Assembly: GCA_027622005.1 (NCBI GenBank)
Contig: JAQBZH010000004.1
Coordinates: forward strand, 23,586-87,585
DNA from: Bacteroidota bacterium
GTDB taxonomy: Bacteria; Bacteroidota; Rhodothermia; Rhodothermales; UBA10348
DNA: 64,000 nt
Direction: 5' to 3'
How positions within the stretch are numbered: position 1 is the stretch's first letter; each line of letters opens with the position of its first letter. Below the pieces are notes generated by a model that saw nothing but the letters and a program-made list of their open reading frames with translations, was not told the origin of the DNA and ran no database searches. Position numbers and translations under genes: made by a program. This document shows positions 29,783-38,600 of this stretch, one piece after another.

Positions 29783-30577
29783 ATGGAAATGGTTTTTAGA
29801 CTGAACTGGATACTTTTCGTGTTCGGAATCATGGTTTTCGAGGCTCAAGGACAGGTCGGTCCCGTCTCGATGCTGAACAGTAGCGCAGAACAGATGCATT
29901 TAGGTGCCAATCCTAGTCCTGTCGCGTTGCCATCGGCCGGCGTTAGGGTACATGCACTGACCGAGATCCCATTTGGTTTACCAGAATTGCAAACATCTTG
30001 GTTGTCCGCCGATTGGACGGGAGAAGTTTGGCAATCCGGCTTCAGATTATCTCGATCTGGCTTTGATCAGCTCACAGAAACCGGGTTCGGGATATTGGTG
30101 GCCCGAAAAGCGAGCGGTAGAGCCGTCCTTGGGCTCCTGAACGGCGTTCTACTTATTCAACCTGGTGTTCTGAAGCGTGCCTATCGACCTTTTTGGGCAC
30201 TGGGAGCTACGATTAAGTTGAATGAATCCGTTTGGGGCACGGTGTCCATTCAAAAAGAGGCCGAATCCAATCAAGGTCTTCTTTCCCCCTCCCAGCTGAT
30301 GGTTGGCGGACGAGTTAAGATCGCTCCGAGCGCCGAATTAGCTTCGCAAATTGTCCTATCTGACAATCATGGATTAAGCTTAGAAACGGTGTTAAGCTTT
30401 CAGCCCGTCTCGCGGTTATCGATTGAGTTGGGCTATGAAACGAACCGCTCCATGCTATTTGGCGGCCTCCTAGCTACCGTCATTCCGTTTTTGGCTTCGA
30501 TTCACACGTCTTGGCATCCGGTTTTAGGGATCTCAACCGGAGTTTCTGTGGCCTGGCAAAATGGAGAAAGACCTTGA
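29783..30577 (+). CDS. Hypothetical secreted protein, probable small outer-membrane beta-barrel
   Basis: Signal peptide MEMVFRLNWILFVFGIMVFEAQGQ. The sequence has an alternating hydrophobic pattern and a C-terminal ...GVSVAW motif. I recognise no family. Confidence 0.5.
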   Translation: MEMVFRLNWILFVFGIMVFEAQGQVGPVSMLNSSAEQMHLGANPSPVALPSAGVRVHALTEIPFGLPELQTSWLSADWTGEVWQSGFRLSRSGFDQLTETGFGILVARKASGRAVLGLLNGVLLIQPGVLKRAYRPFWALGATIKLNESVWGTVSIQKEAESNQGLLSPSQLMVGGRVKIAPSAELASQIVLSDNHGLSLETVLSFQPVSRLSIELGYETNRSMLFGGLLATVIPFLASIHTSWHPVLGISTGVSVAWQNGERP

Positions 30578-30584
30578 GATGGAC

Positions 30585-30620
30585 TGGGAAGCATGGGAAG
30601 CATTGGCAGCATTGGAAACA
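30585..30620. repeat. Four imperfect tandem 9-nt units (tgggaagca tgggaagca ttggcagca ttggaaaca)
   Basis: Read directly from the sequence. The repeat lies in the 47-nt gap between the stop of the 264-aa gene (30577) and the likely GTG start (30625) of the next gene. Confidence 0.7.
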
Positions 30621-30624
30621 TGGC

Positions 30625-32430
30625 GTGGTAAATTATTTTTGCCTCCTGGTGATGATTTGCTGGGGTAGCCCTGCATTAGCTAGTCAGGTTGCGGTTCCTG
30701 ACTCTATCGAAGCAATAGACATTCAAAGTCTGGCAGAGGCCAGGGGCGGAGTTGACCTCTTAGAAGAGGGCGAAGAAGACTGCCCCATCAAGCACTGCGG
30801 TGAAGCCAGCAAAAGCTTCGTTTTGGTAGCCGGATCCGGGTTTCGCGCTCAGCCATCATCGAGGCCATCCCGCCCTCTCGGGAACGGACTGCAATCTTGG
30901 ATATCGCTATCCGGGTCTGCATTTCGACAATGGGACGTTTTTTTGACATTAAAGAAGGATGCTTTTGAACCGGTCTATGTAAAGGCAGATGCCCCATGGT
31001 TCTTAACCGAGTCCAAACGATTTGCTATTTCCCGAACGGGATCTCGATTCCGCCTACTGGTTGGGGACTTTAAAGTCGGAATAGGCTCAGGAGTCTTTTC
31101 GGGTAGCGGTTGGGCCCCGATTACGAGTTGGTCCTCCCCTACCCGTCTGCATGGTTCCAAAGCACGAGTCAGTTCCAATGTTTCGAACACGACGTTTGCT
31201 TCAAGGCGGGGCATGTCGGGTACTTTTGATTTGGGAAAGCACGTTCAGGCCGGGCTTTATGGTTCAAAAACATCCTTTACCGCGTCTTTTGCCACGATTG
31301 ATGGTCAGGAAAACGACAGCACAACCTCCGTGATCAAGGACATCTCGGGAACGTATGCATTTTCGACAGAAAGTAGCCTTCAGCGAAGAAATGGATTGAA
31401 CGCGACAAGTATAGGTGGTTTTGTCAACTTCTCAACTGCGTCTTTTGAAGCTAGTTTACTTGCCGAACGCTTGTCTCTGCAGTCGGCCTTCGAAACGAGT
31501 CTTCCGGAGCGACAAACCGGGCTGACTGGATTTATACGGAAATCCTGGGGATCAGTCGAAATAATGGGAGAGGCTGCGCTCATCAACAACCGACTTGCTT
31601 TCTGGACGTCCGCCGTGCGATTGATCTCGCCTCCGATGGGGCACGTTAAACTGGAAACAAGCCGTGCTATCACGGGCGCCAGTTGGCCTTTTGGATCTCA
31701 AAACGGACTAATTTCCGGGCTAAATTCGAGCACTAACCTGTACTATCGAACGCGATCGACAAGGTGGGGGGTCTTCAGCATAGGGCTTGGGCTGGAGACT
31801 ACTCGTAATAGTCTCTCGGACAACTCTTTTCGAAAAGTAGATCTCCGGGTTTATCATGAGTGGAAGGCTCCGCACGATTTCACGTTTCGAACCATGCTTC
31901 GCCACGCATCAAAAGAAGACTTTGGTCCCATTTCCGTTAAAGATGTGGTCGGAAATCCGACGGATACCAGTCGATTCAAAACGCTTGTTTACCGAAAAAT
32001 GCCTCCTCGAAACTCGGCGATGTCGTATTTTCAAGTTGTTGTGGCGCAGCGTTTTAGCAACAATCTGTCGTGGAAGCTATCACCCAGCTCCATCTTAAAT
32101 CCCGAAGATTCGGCTTCATTATTTTTATTGAGCGCGGGGGTTGAGTTCGCTCAGCCTCTTTGGAAGCTGGTCGTGGGATGGGTCGTTTCCAGCCAAAGTG
32201 GCGCCCCAAGCACCCAGATTCAAGGCTACTATGCTGATTCAGCCCTGTCCGGTCGGTTTCCCGTTTCTTCTATTTCTGGATCCAGCTCGGGGTTTTCCCT
32301 GCTTTTTAGATATGGGACGGGGGACACTTCCATCGAAATTAGATTTCGGGAAACAGCGCGATCCGATGTCGAATCCGATTATCCCTACGATTCCAGGCAA
32401 CTACAAATTCAATTCTCCCATTCAATGTAG
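30625..32430 (+). CDS. Hypothetical secreted / outer-membrane protein (~601 aa), Ser/Gly-rich and beta-rich
   Basis: The GTG at 30625 gives the signal peptide (M)VNYFCLLVMICWGSPALASQ. The track ORF starts at TTG 30511, but that start adds a His/Lys repeat ahead of the signal peptide. The segment LLVGDFKVGIGSGVFSG resembles the barrel part of long Bacteroidetes proteins usually labelled helix-hairpin-helix proteins (from memory, weak). Confidence 0.5.
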   Translation: MVNYFCLLVMICWGSPALASQVAVPDSIEAIDIQSLAEARGGVDLLEEGEEDCPIKHCGEASKSFVLVAGSGFRAQPSSRPSRPLGNGLQSWISLSGSAFRQWDVFLTLKKDAFEPVYVKADAPWFLTESKRFAISRTGSRFRLLVGDFKVGIGSGVFSGSGWAPITSWSSPTRLHGSKARVSSNVSNTTFASRRGMSGTFDLGKHVQAGLYGSKTSFTASFATIDGQENDSTTSVIKDISGTYAFSTESSLQRRNGLNATSIGGFVNFSTASFEASLLAERLSLQSAFETSLPERQTGLTGFIRKSWGSVEIMGEAALINNRLAFWTSAVRLISPPMGHVKLETSRAITGASWPFGSQNGLISGLNSSTNLYYRTRSTRWGVFSIGLGLETTRNSLSDNSFRKVDLRVYHEWKAPHDFTFRTMLRHASKEDFGPISVKDVVGNPTDTSRFKTLVYRKMPPRNSAMSYFQVVVAQRFSNNLSWKLSPSSILNPEDSASLFLLSAGVEFAQPLWKLVVGWVVSSQSGAPSTQIQGYYADSALSGRFPVSSISGSSSGFSLLFRYGTGDTSIEIRFRETARSDVESDYPYDSRQLQIQFSHSM

Positions 32431-32443
32431 GACACGCAATTCC

Positions 32444-35400
32444 TTACTCTTGTAGAATTTCTGAGTGCGTGACCCATTTTTTATCTTTGAAACGGAATGC
32501 GGCGCCATAGTTCATGTCGAAATCAAAATGATGGAACAGTCGGAATTTAAATCCAATGCCACCTCCGACACTGCTCACATTATCACCAAAATCAGACAAA
32601 CGATGCAGATGCTCAGCAAAGCCGTATACGTAGATGGCTCGAGCAAAGGCTGGCACCAAAATGAATCCGTTGTCTGGAAACAGAACCGGCTGAACTATTT
32701 TTAGGCCATACCTCATAAAGGCGTCGTCGTTCAGAAACGCATTTTCCCAACCTTTAGGCTTAAAGCTGTCCAATCCAAAAATGGAAGGGCTATTTTGAAC
32801 CAGAAGGCCTGTATTTACGTGAATGCCGGTGTTGAGGCTACTTAGAATGGGAATAAAAGCATTGCCACTAAGCACCCAACCTCGGTTTTTCTTCGCCCGA
32901 TCGGTCTTGAGATCGAATTCTCCATACGTCAAAAGGGAAAATCCCGAAGACGGGATAATATCTCTTGGGTTTTTAACCAATTTGTATCCGAAGAAAGCAG
33001 ACGGAAGGAGAGTCGTTTGGCTAAATCGGCTTTGAATGGTTTCAAAATCGTCGTCCACATATAAATCGGATCGATAACCTACCCGCAACGAAGCGATTAG
33101 GCTCGTCCGGTGCACGTTGCTATCAAAGGTGTAGGGCAGGTAAATGCCAGCTTCCACACTCGTTCGGTCTCTAATAACACGCGTAGCCGTAGACGTATTT
33201 CCGTGGATAATAAGGGCTTGAATCGTCTCAGGGCGCCGTCTAAAAACTAAGTCTGGTTGAAAACGAAAGGCTCCTGTTCTCAGCCCAAATTCGCCCCATA
33301 TGCGATTTTTTTGGAAAATGGCTTCCGAATGATAGGTCCACCTTTCCAGTGGATCAGTCCCTTGCATAGCCAAACCAATTCCAAAACCGAGGCGGGCATC
33401 CGTAAACCGGTCACGGCCGGGATCTAGATAGACCGTAGGGTAAACCATTCGCGGCGACAATCGGGTCCAAGATCGATACTTCTTGTCCACCAAGGTGTTA
33501 GCACCTTGGTGATCATCAAGATGAAAAATGGGTTCCGTTTCGACCTCCGTTTGCCATGAGGTTGTCCAGGTAAAATTGGCATCATCGCGGGAAACGGATT
33601 TCCAGGACGCCGGGGCGACACTGGAAACGTTTAGGTCAAACCGATCATCCTGGTAGGCCACAAAAGCCAAATATTTACCGGAGGGCGACACCTGGGGCTC
33701 CATGGCGCCATAAAGCACGTTTGTAGCTTGCCAGAGCTCTTCAGTGGCCGTGTTCAAAACGTAGGCGTTGACTAGGCCCGATTCATCACTCGTAAAAGAA
33801 AAATAATCCCCATTGGCTGAAAACGATCCGTCATAAATGGTTCCTTTTTCAAATCCGATCCACGGCTTGATTTGAACGGGCTCGCTCGTTAAATCAACCA
33901 AATACAGTGCTTGCTTCCCCAATACGTTGAGAATGACAGCGAGGGAGTCTGAATGAGGTCTGGGAATGAGGGAAACGAAAGCACTCCTGGGGTAAGACAA
34001 GACGGCGCGAGGGGCAGCGTTACTTTGGAGTTCCACAATCGCATTGTATTGCCCGTCACTTTTCAAGGCCAAAACCTTTCCTGACCTCAATCGAACGGGA
34101 TTATACGTATGCTCTGAAAAGGGCAATCGCACTTCTTTTCCCGTCGAAACCTCCAGCGAGTAAGAAAATGATGTCTGGGCGATCATCGACGTCGGGTGTT
34201 CGTCGTATCGGGAATAGAGGATCTCTTCTCCGTCAGGTGTCAGCTGAAAAACCGAATCGTCTGTGATTTCATTGGTTGATATTCGGTGTTTTTGACCACT
34301 AAGATTAATCCAGTGAAACCCCCGCTTTTGATTATAGCCCAGTGTGAAAGAAACGACCGTGTTCTCGTCGATCCATTGAGGTTTTCGGTGAACGAGTCCT
34401 TTGCTTGAGATCGAGATTTCGGGCTCGGTTATGGCGCCTATTTTGTCGACCAACGCTTTTTCCTTGGTGTCGTACCATTCCTGAAAGCGTCTCCGTATTT
34501 GCCGAGGGGATTCCCCACTCGCGTAAATTAGATTGGCTCCGAATCCCAGGATGGGGACCTGTTGTTGCCATTGTAGAATATTTTGGATGCTTTCTTTGCC
34601 GTATTGATCGATCAGAAATTGAGAAAAGAGCGTACCACCTTGGTAATACCGATCAAAAGGGCGGGTGTAAGAAGGCTCATCCAAAAGCTGGGATAGGGTA
34701 AGACCGCCGCTACGATTGATTGCCGCCCGAATTTGCATGGTGAAATGCGGATGATTCGCGCGACCTGCCCCTGGCTCTATTTCCGATTCCCGAACCACCG
34801 CTATGCCTTCCGTAAATCCTGACGGAACAAACATATTGATGGCCCGAGAAAAGTCTGGAGCAAACCAGTGAATCATACCGACAAGGCTTCTTTTTCCCTT
34901 GAATTCGGCTTGGGCTGCATGGACTAGCTCATGGCTGGTAACGAGTTGGGTCCAAGAGGTATGTTTTCTAGAAAGGCTCCTCCCCCCTAGCGAAACGCTT
35001 TCAATCTCTGATTTAAATGGAAAAGGGGTTACATATCCATTTCCAGAATCACTAAAGTCGTTTAGAACGACCGTTAAGCCTAAACCGGATCTAGACCCTA
35101 ACAATTGATTGGTGCCGGGAAGCGTTTGATCGATCGTCCAGAGAATTTCTTCGGCCTGAAGTCTTCTTCCCTCTTGATAGATAACTTCATGGCGCCCATT
35201 GGTTAAAACCCGGTAGGAAACGCCTGGAGGTCGGACAATCGCGTCATAAAGCGAAATGACCTGAGCTGTAGACGGCAAGGCAAGAAACCCAAGCACGAGA
35301 ATAACAAAAGGGAAGAGTTTGTTGGCCGCCAATCGAAATACCTTATTGATTCCGGGGTGAAGAGGTTTCGCAAGATACGACCCAACCGTCTCCGTGATAT

Positions 35401-35476
35401 CTATCCAATTATGTAACAAATAATTCGTTCGTTCGATATGAGGTTTAATCTGAGCGACAAAACTATCCATTATCAT
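32444..35476 (-). CDS. Large envelope protein: Peptidase_MA-like HExxH domain + TolB/PD40-like beta-propeller repeats + Omp85-like C-terminal barrel
   Basis: HELVHAAQAEF ... GFTEGIAVVRE (HExxH plus a downstream Glu). PD40-like repeats (SANGDYFSFTSDESGLVNAYVLN, VSPSGKYLAFVAYQDDRFDLNV). The C-terminal ~330 aa are beta-rich with GGGIGFKFRLF...FDMNYGAAFRF. The start is uncertain (ATG 35476/35470, or TTG near 35330 just before the signal-like KLFPFVILVLGFLALPSTAQV). Track ORF codons above 35476 overlap padR and are discounted. Confidence 0.65.
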   Translation of the reverse strand: MIMDSFVAQIKPHIERTNYLLHNWIDITETVGSYLAKPLHPGINKVFRLAANKLFPFVILVLGFLALPSTAQVISLYDAIVRPPGVSYRVLTNGRHEVIYQEGRRLQAEEILWTIDQTLPGTNQLLGSRSGLGLTVVLNDFSDSGNGYVTPFPFKSEIESVSLGGRSLSRKHTSWTQLVTSHELVHAAQAEFKGKRSLVGMIHWFAPDFSRAINMFVPSGFTEGIAVVRESEIEPGAGRANHPHFTMQIRAAINRSGGLTLSQLLDEPSYTRPFDRYYQGGTLFSQFLIDQYGKESIQNILQWQQQVPILGFGANLIYASGESPRQIRRRFQEWYDTKEKALVDKIGAITEPEISISSKGLVHRKPQWIDENTVVSFTLGYNQKRGFHWINLSGQKHRISTNEITDDSVFQLTPDGEEILYSRYDEHPTSMIAQTSFSYSLEVSTGKEVRLPFSEHTYNPVRLRSGKVLALKSDGQYNAIVELQSNAAPRAVLSYPRSAFVSLIPRPHSDSLAVILNVLGKQALYLVDLTSEPVQIKPWIGFEKGTIYDGSFSANGDYFSFTSDESGLVNAYVLNTATEELWQATNVLYGAMEPQVSPSGKYLAFVAYQDDRFDLNVSSVAPASWKSVSRDDANFTWTTSWQTEVETEPIFHLDDHQGANTLVDKKYRSWTRLSPRMVYPTVYLDPGRDRFTDARLGFGIGLAMQGTDPLERWTYHSEAIFQKNRIWGEFGLRTGAFRFQPDLVFRRRPETIQALIIHGNTSTATRVIRDRTSVEAGIYLPYTFDSNVHRTSLIASLRVGYRSDLYVDDDFETIQSRFSQTTLLPSAFFGYKLVKNPRDIIPSSGFSLLTYGEFDLKTDRAKKNRGWVLSGNAFIPILSSLNTGIHVNTGLLVQNSPSIFGLDSFKPKGWENAFLNDDAFMRYGLKIVQPVLFPDNGFILVPAFARAIYVYGFAEHLHRLSDFGDNVSSVGGGIGFKFRLFHHFDFDMNYGAAFRFKDKKWVTHSEILQE

Positions 35477-35795
35477 GATAACTCGAGTAGAAGAACTTAT
35501 CCTGCTCTCCGTCTGGAAACTACAAGAAGACGCGTATGGCGCCGCCATTCGAAACTTATTGACAAATGAGACAGGCGACGATTGGCCAATTGCTACGGTG
35601 TATACGCCCCTTGATCGAATGACAAGAAAGGGATTTCTCGTTTCGAGCGTTGGACTGCCCACCCCGGAACGTGGGGGCCGAAGTAAAAAACTGTATCGTC
35701 TCACCTCACATGGTGTCTCGGCGCTTGAATCCTCCAAACGGCTAAGCCGGGCCATGTGGTCTGATTTACCAGAACTCGTCGTTGTTCGCGCGTGA
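35475..35795 (+). CDS. PadR-family transcriptional regulator
   Basis: 106 aa. Winged-HTH pattern ILLSVWKLQEDAYGAAIRNLL...YTPLDRMTRKGFL. Confidence 0.85.
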   Translation: MITRVEELILLSVWKLQEDAYGAAIRNLLTNETGDDWPIATVYTPLDRMTRKGFLVSSVGLPTPERGGRSKKLYRLTSHGVSALESSKRLSRAMWSDLPELVVVRA

Positions 35796-38413
35796 TTTCC
35801 AAACCTCCCATATTCTGGCAGGCATTGGTCCAAGTCTTTGCCCACGCAGCCGAAGAGTCGTACATCTTAGGCGACCTCGAAGAAACGTATGCTTCGGTTG
35901 AGGCCGACTACGGTAAGACTCGAGCCAGAGCTTGGTATCGAAGACAGGTTATTCTTTCCATCCCCCATTTAGCAGCACGATTCGTCGTGTTTGGTATCGT
36001 CATGTCTAAAAATTACCTCCTGATTGCCCTTCGTAATCTCAGAAAAAGTCTTGGATACACCAGTATAAACATGTTTGGACTCGCGGTAGGTCTAACGTGC
36101 AGTCTTCTTATAGGCTTGTATGTGGTCAGTGAGATTTCATTCGACACCCATCACGAAAAGGCAAATCGGATTGTTAGACTCGTTAGAACCTCCAATTTCG
36201 GAGGTGGTGAAAACACGTCACCCGCTACTTCAGGGCCTATGGGACCTCTGTTTGCTTCGGGACTTCCCGAAATAGAGTCCTTTTTCCGACTACGTCAGCG
36301 ACCCTCGGTCGAGGTTACTCGGGATGGTAATGTTTGGTATGAAGAAGGATTTTACGATGCAGACGCCTCCATATTTAAATCGTTGACTATTCCCGTTCTC
36401 TCCTCCGTCGGTGAAGGGGCGTTGGAAGCGCCGTTTCGAATTATGCTTTCGAGGACTGCGGCGTTAAAATTCTTCAATTCGGTTGATATTACCGGACAAA
36501 CCTTAACTGTAAGAGGCACAGAATATGCCGTTGATGGGGTTTATGAAGACTTCCCATTGCAATCGCATTTCAGGCCTTTAATGATGGGATCTTTTGCAAC
36601 TCTCGAGCAAACGATTCCTGAAACCGTACAGCATTTAGGCAACAACCTTTTCTTCACCTACTTCCTTTTGAAGTCTCCAAATGCACTTGAAGAGGCTCAA
36701 TCTAAAATCCCAGCACTTATTGAGCAGACCGCCGGCCCTGAAATCGCATCCAAATTAGCCTTTTCCTTTCAGCCCCTGCTCGATATTCACTTGTATTCTC
36801 ACTATGTCGACGAATTGGATGTAAATAGTTCAGTTACGTCCCTGGTACTGATTTCAGCAATTGGCTTCTTTATTCTCATCTTGGCCATTGTCAATTTTAT
36901 CAATCTTTCGACCGCCAGAAGTACGCGCAGAGCGAGGGAAGTGGGTGTCAGGAAAGCGATCGGTGCCCATCGCATGCAAATTGCTGCGCAGTTTATTGCG
37001 GAGACAATGATGCTTTCGTTTTTGGCACTTGGAGCATCTCTACTCATGTTTTGGGGGGTCCGACCCTTGTTCGAAGAAGTTACTGGACGAACGCTGGACG
37101 TTCTGCTACTCAGAGATCCCATTATTTTAGGGGCGATTGCATTGTTTACTAGCTTAGTTGGATTAGCCGCAGGGGCGTATCCGGCGTTTGTAATTTCCTC
37201 TTTCGTTCCCACCATCGTATTAAAAGGCTCGACTTCTGGTCGCAACGAAGGTGGAAATCAATTCCTTCGAAAAGGGCTGGTGGTGTTTCAGTTTTCCATC
37301 TCCGTCGTTTTGATCATTTCAACGATGATGGTTTGGAGGCAACTCGATTATCTCCGTTCAAAATCGCTGGGCATTGACAGTGGTCAAGTACTAGTGACCC
37401 GCCTCAGAAATACGACGGTCCGAGAAGCGGCTGCAGCGCTGAAGTCCGAGTTTTTACAGGATGCTTCCGTTTCCGGTGTTTCAGCCACATCTAGCCTCCT
37501 TGGTAATGAAGGCGGGACAGTCCTTATGGTGCCCGAAGGTACCCAAAATGCCGAAGACGGAATCATTATGAATACGATGCACGCTGACTTCGATTTTGTC
37601 GATCTAATGGGCATTCAGGTGTTGGAGGGGCGTTCGTTTGATGAATCGCAGGCTACCGATCTCGAAGACGCGTACTTGATCAACGAAAGGGCTGCAGAGA
37701 AGATGGGATGGACTGCCCAGGAAGCCATTGGGAAAGAAATTATTTGGCCGTCTAGTATTGATGGATCGACGCCACCTGTCCGAGTTGGAACAGTAATTGG
37801 GGTGATGAAAGACTTTAATTTTGCGTCTCTACATACCGTAGTTGAACCCCTGGTATTGATTCCATCGGTAGCACCTCCCGCGTATCTCATGGTCAAACTA
37901 TCGACGACGGATTTACCGGCTACTTTGAGTAGACTTGAAAACACGTGGGAAACGGTCGTCCCTAAGAACTCCTTTGATTCATTTTTCTTGGATGACCACT
38001 TCGATCAACTATATCAATCCGAGGAACGTTTCGGGACAATGTTCGCCTATTTTGCCGTTTTAGCTATTGTTCTGGCTTGTCTCGGCCTATTGGGCCTTGT
38101 TTCCTTCACTTTAGACAGAAGGACGCGGGAAATTGGAATTAGAAAAACGCTTGGGGCCAGCTCGAGCTCTATTATTAAAATGCTGACTCAGGAATATGCG
38201 TTGCTGATTGGCATTTCATTGGTGGTGGCCATCCCAACTGCATTTCTACTCATGGATCGTTGGCTGGAGGGCTTTCCGTATCGAACCGACCAAAGCATTG
38301 CGGTATTTCTAACCGCGGCCCTTTCCATCATATGTATTTCCCTCGTTACGATTGGCTTCCATGCCATTCGAGCTGCTTCGATGGACCCAGTGCATGCGCT
38401 CAGGCATGAATAG
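35792..38413 (+). CDS. Duplicated FtsX/MacB-type ABC permease with an N-terminal prefix domain (ADOP-like orphan permease)
   Basis: 873 aa with two 4-TM FtsX bundles and large periplasmic domains. The GTGA start/stop overlap links it to padR. No ATPase gene is adjacent. Confidence 0.85.
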   Translation: MISKPPIFWQALVQVFAHAAEESYILGDLEETYASVEADYGKTRARAWYRRQVILSIPHLAARFVVFGIVMSKNYLLIALRNLRKSLGYTSINMFGLAVGLTCSLLIGLYVVSEISFDTHHEKANRIVRLVRTSNFGGGENTSPATSGPMGPLFASGLPEIESFFRLRQRPSVEVTRDGNVWYEEGFYDADASIFKSLTIPVLSSVGEGALEAPFRIMLSRTAALKFFNSVDITGQTLTVRGTEYAVDGVYEDFPLQSHFRPLMMGSFATLEQTIPETVQHLGNNLFFTYFLLKSPNALEEAQSKIPALIEQTAGPEIASKLAFSFQPLLDIHLYSHYVDELDVNSSVTSLVLISAIGFFILILAIVNFINLSTARSTRRAREVGVRKAIGAHRMQIAAQFIAETMMLSFLALGASLLMFWGVRPLFEEVTGRTLDVLLLRDPIILGAIALFTSLVGLAAGAYPAFVISSFVPTIVLKGSTSGRNEGGNQFLRKGLVVFQFSISVVLIISTMMVWRQLDYLRSKSLGIDSGQVLVTRLRNTTVREAAAALKSEFLQDASVSGVSATSSLLGNEGGTVLMVPEGTQNAEDGIIMNTMHADFDFVDLMGIQVLEGRSFDESQATDLEDAYLINERAAEKMGWTAQEAIGKEIIWPSSIDGSTPPVRVGTVIGVMKDFNFASLHTVVEPLVLIPSVAPPAYLMVKLSTTDLPATLSRLENTWETVVPKNSFDSFFLDDHFDQLYQSEERFGTMFAYFAVLAIVLACLGLLGLVSFTLDRRTREIGIRKTLGASSSSIIKMLTQEYALLIGISLVVAIPTAFLLMDRWLEGFPYRTDQSIAVFLTAALSIICISLVTIGFHAIRAASMDPVHALRHE

Positions 38414-38554
38414 ATTCTAAGGGATTACGGCTCGCTTCGCTCGCCGTTAGCCGATGAGGGGCCGTCATGTCATTCACCTAGGCCCCTACTCGCTTCGCTC
38501 GTTCGGGTCTTTTTGCTTTCACTCTCCGAAAGCAAGCTTTCTCCGATCAAAAGC

Positions 38555-38584
38555 AAAAAGCCCCGTCCACTTCGTGGACGGGGC
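38555..38584 (-). terminator. Terminator downstream of tRNA-Ser
   Basis: On the minus strand: gccccgtccac gaag gtggacggggc followed by cTTTTTgcTTTT. Confidence 0.6.
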
Positions 38585-38600
38585 CATTGATTCTTCCATG

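Noticed and set aside
30585-30620. Sigma-54 promoter (TGGCAC-N5-TTGC) within the 9-nt repeats, because of TGGCAG / TTGG strings
   Set aside because: The GG-N10-GC spacing is not met in any register I tried, and the TTGC element is absent.
30561-30668. 35-codon ORF MEKDLEMDWEAWEALAALETWRGKLFLPPGDDLLG as a real small protein
   Set aside because: It is kept only as part of the repeat finding. Its periodic WEA/LAA sequence is a by-product of the 9-nt repeat, and there is no independent support for translation.
35477-35845. Upstream 123 codons of the 1133-aa minus-strand ORF
   Set aside because: They are antisense to the well-supported padR gene and have no signal or domain character. The real start must be at or below 35476.
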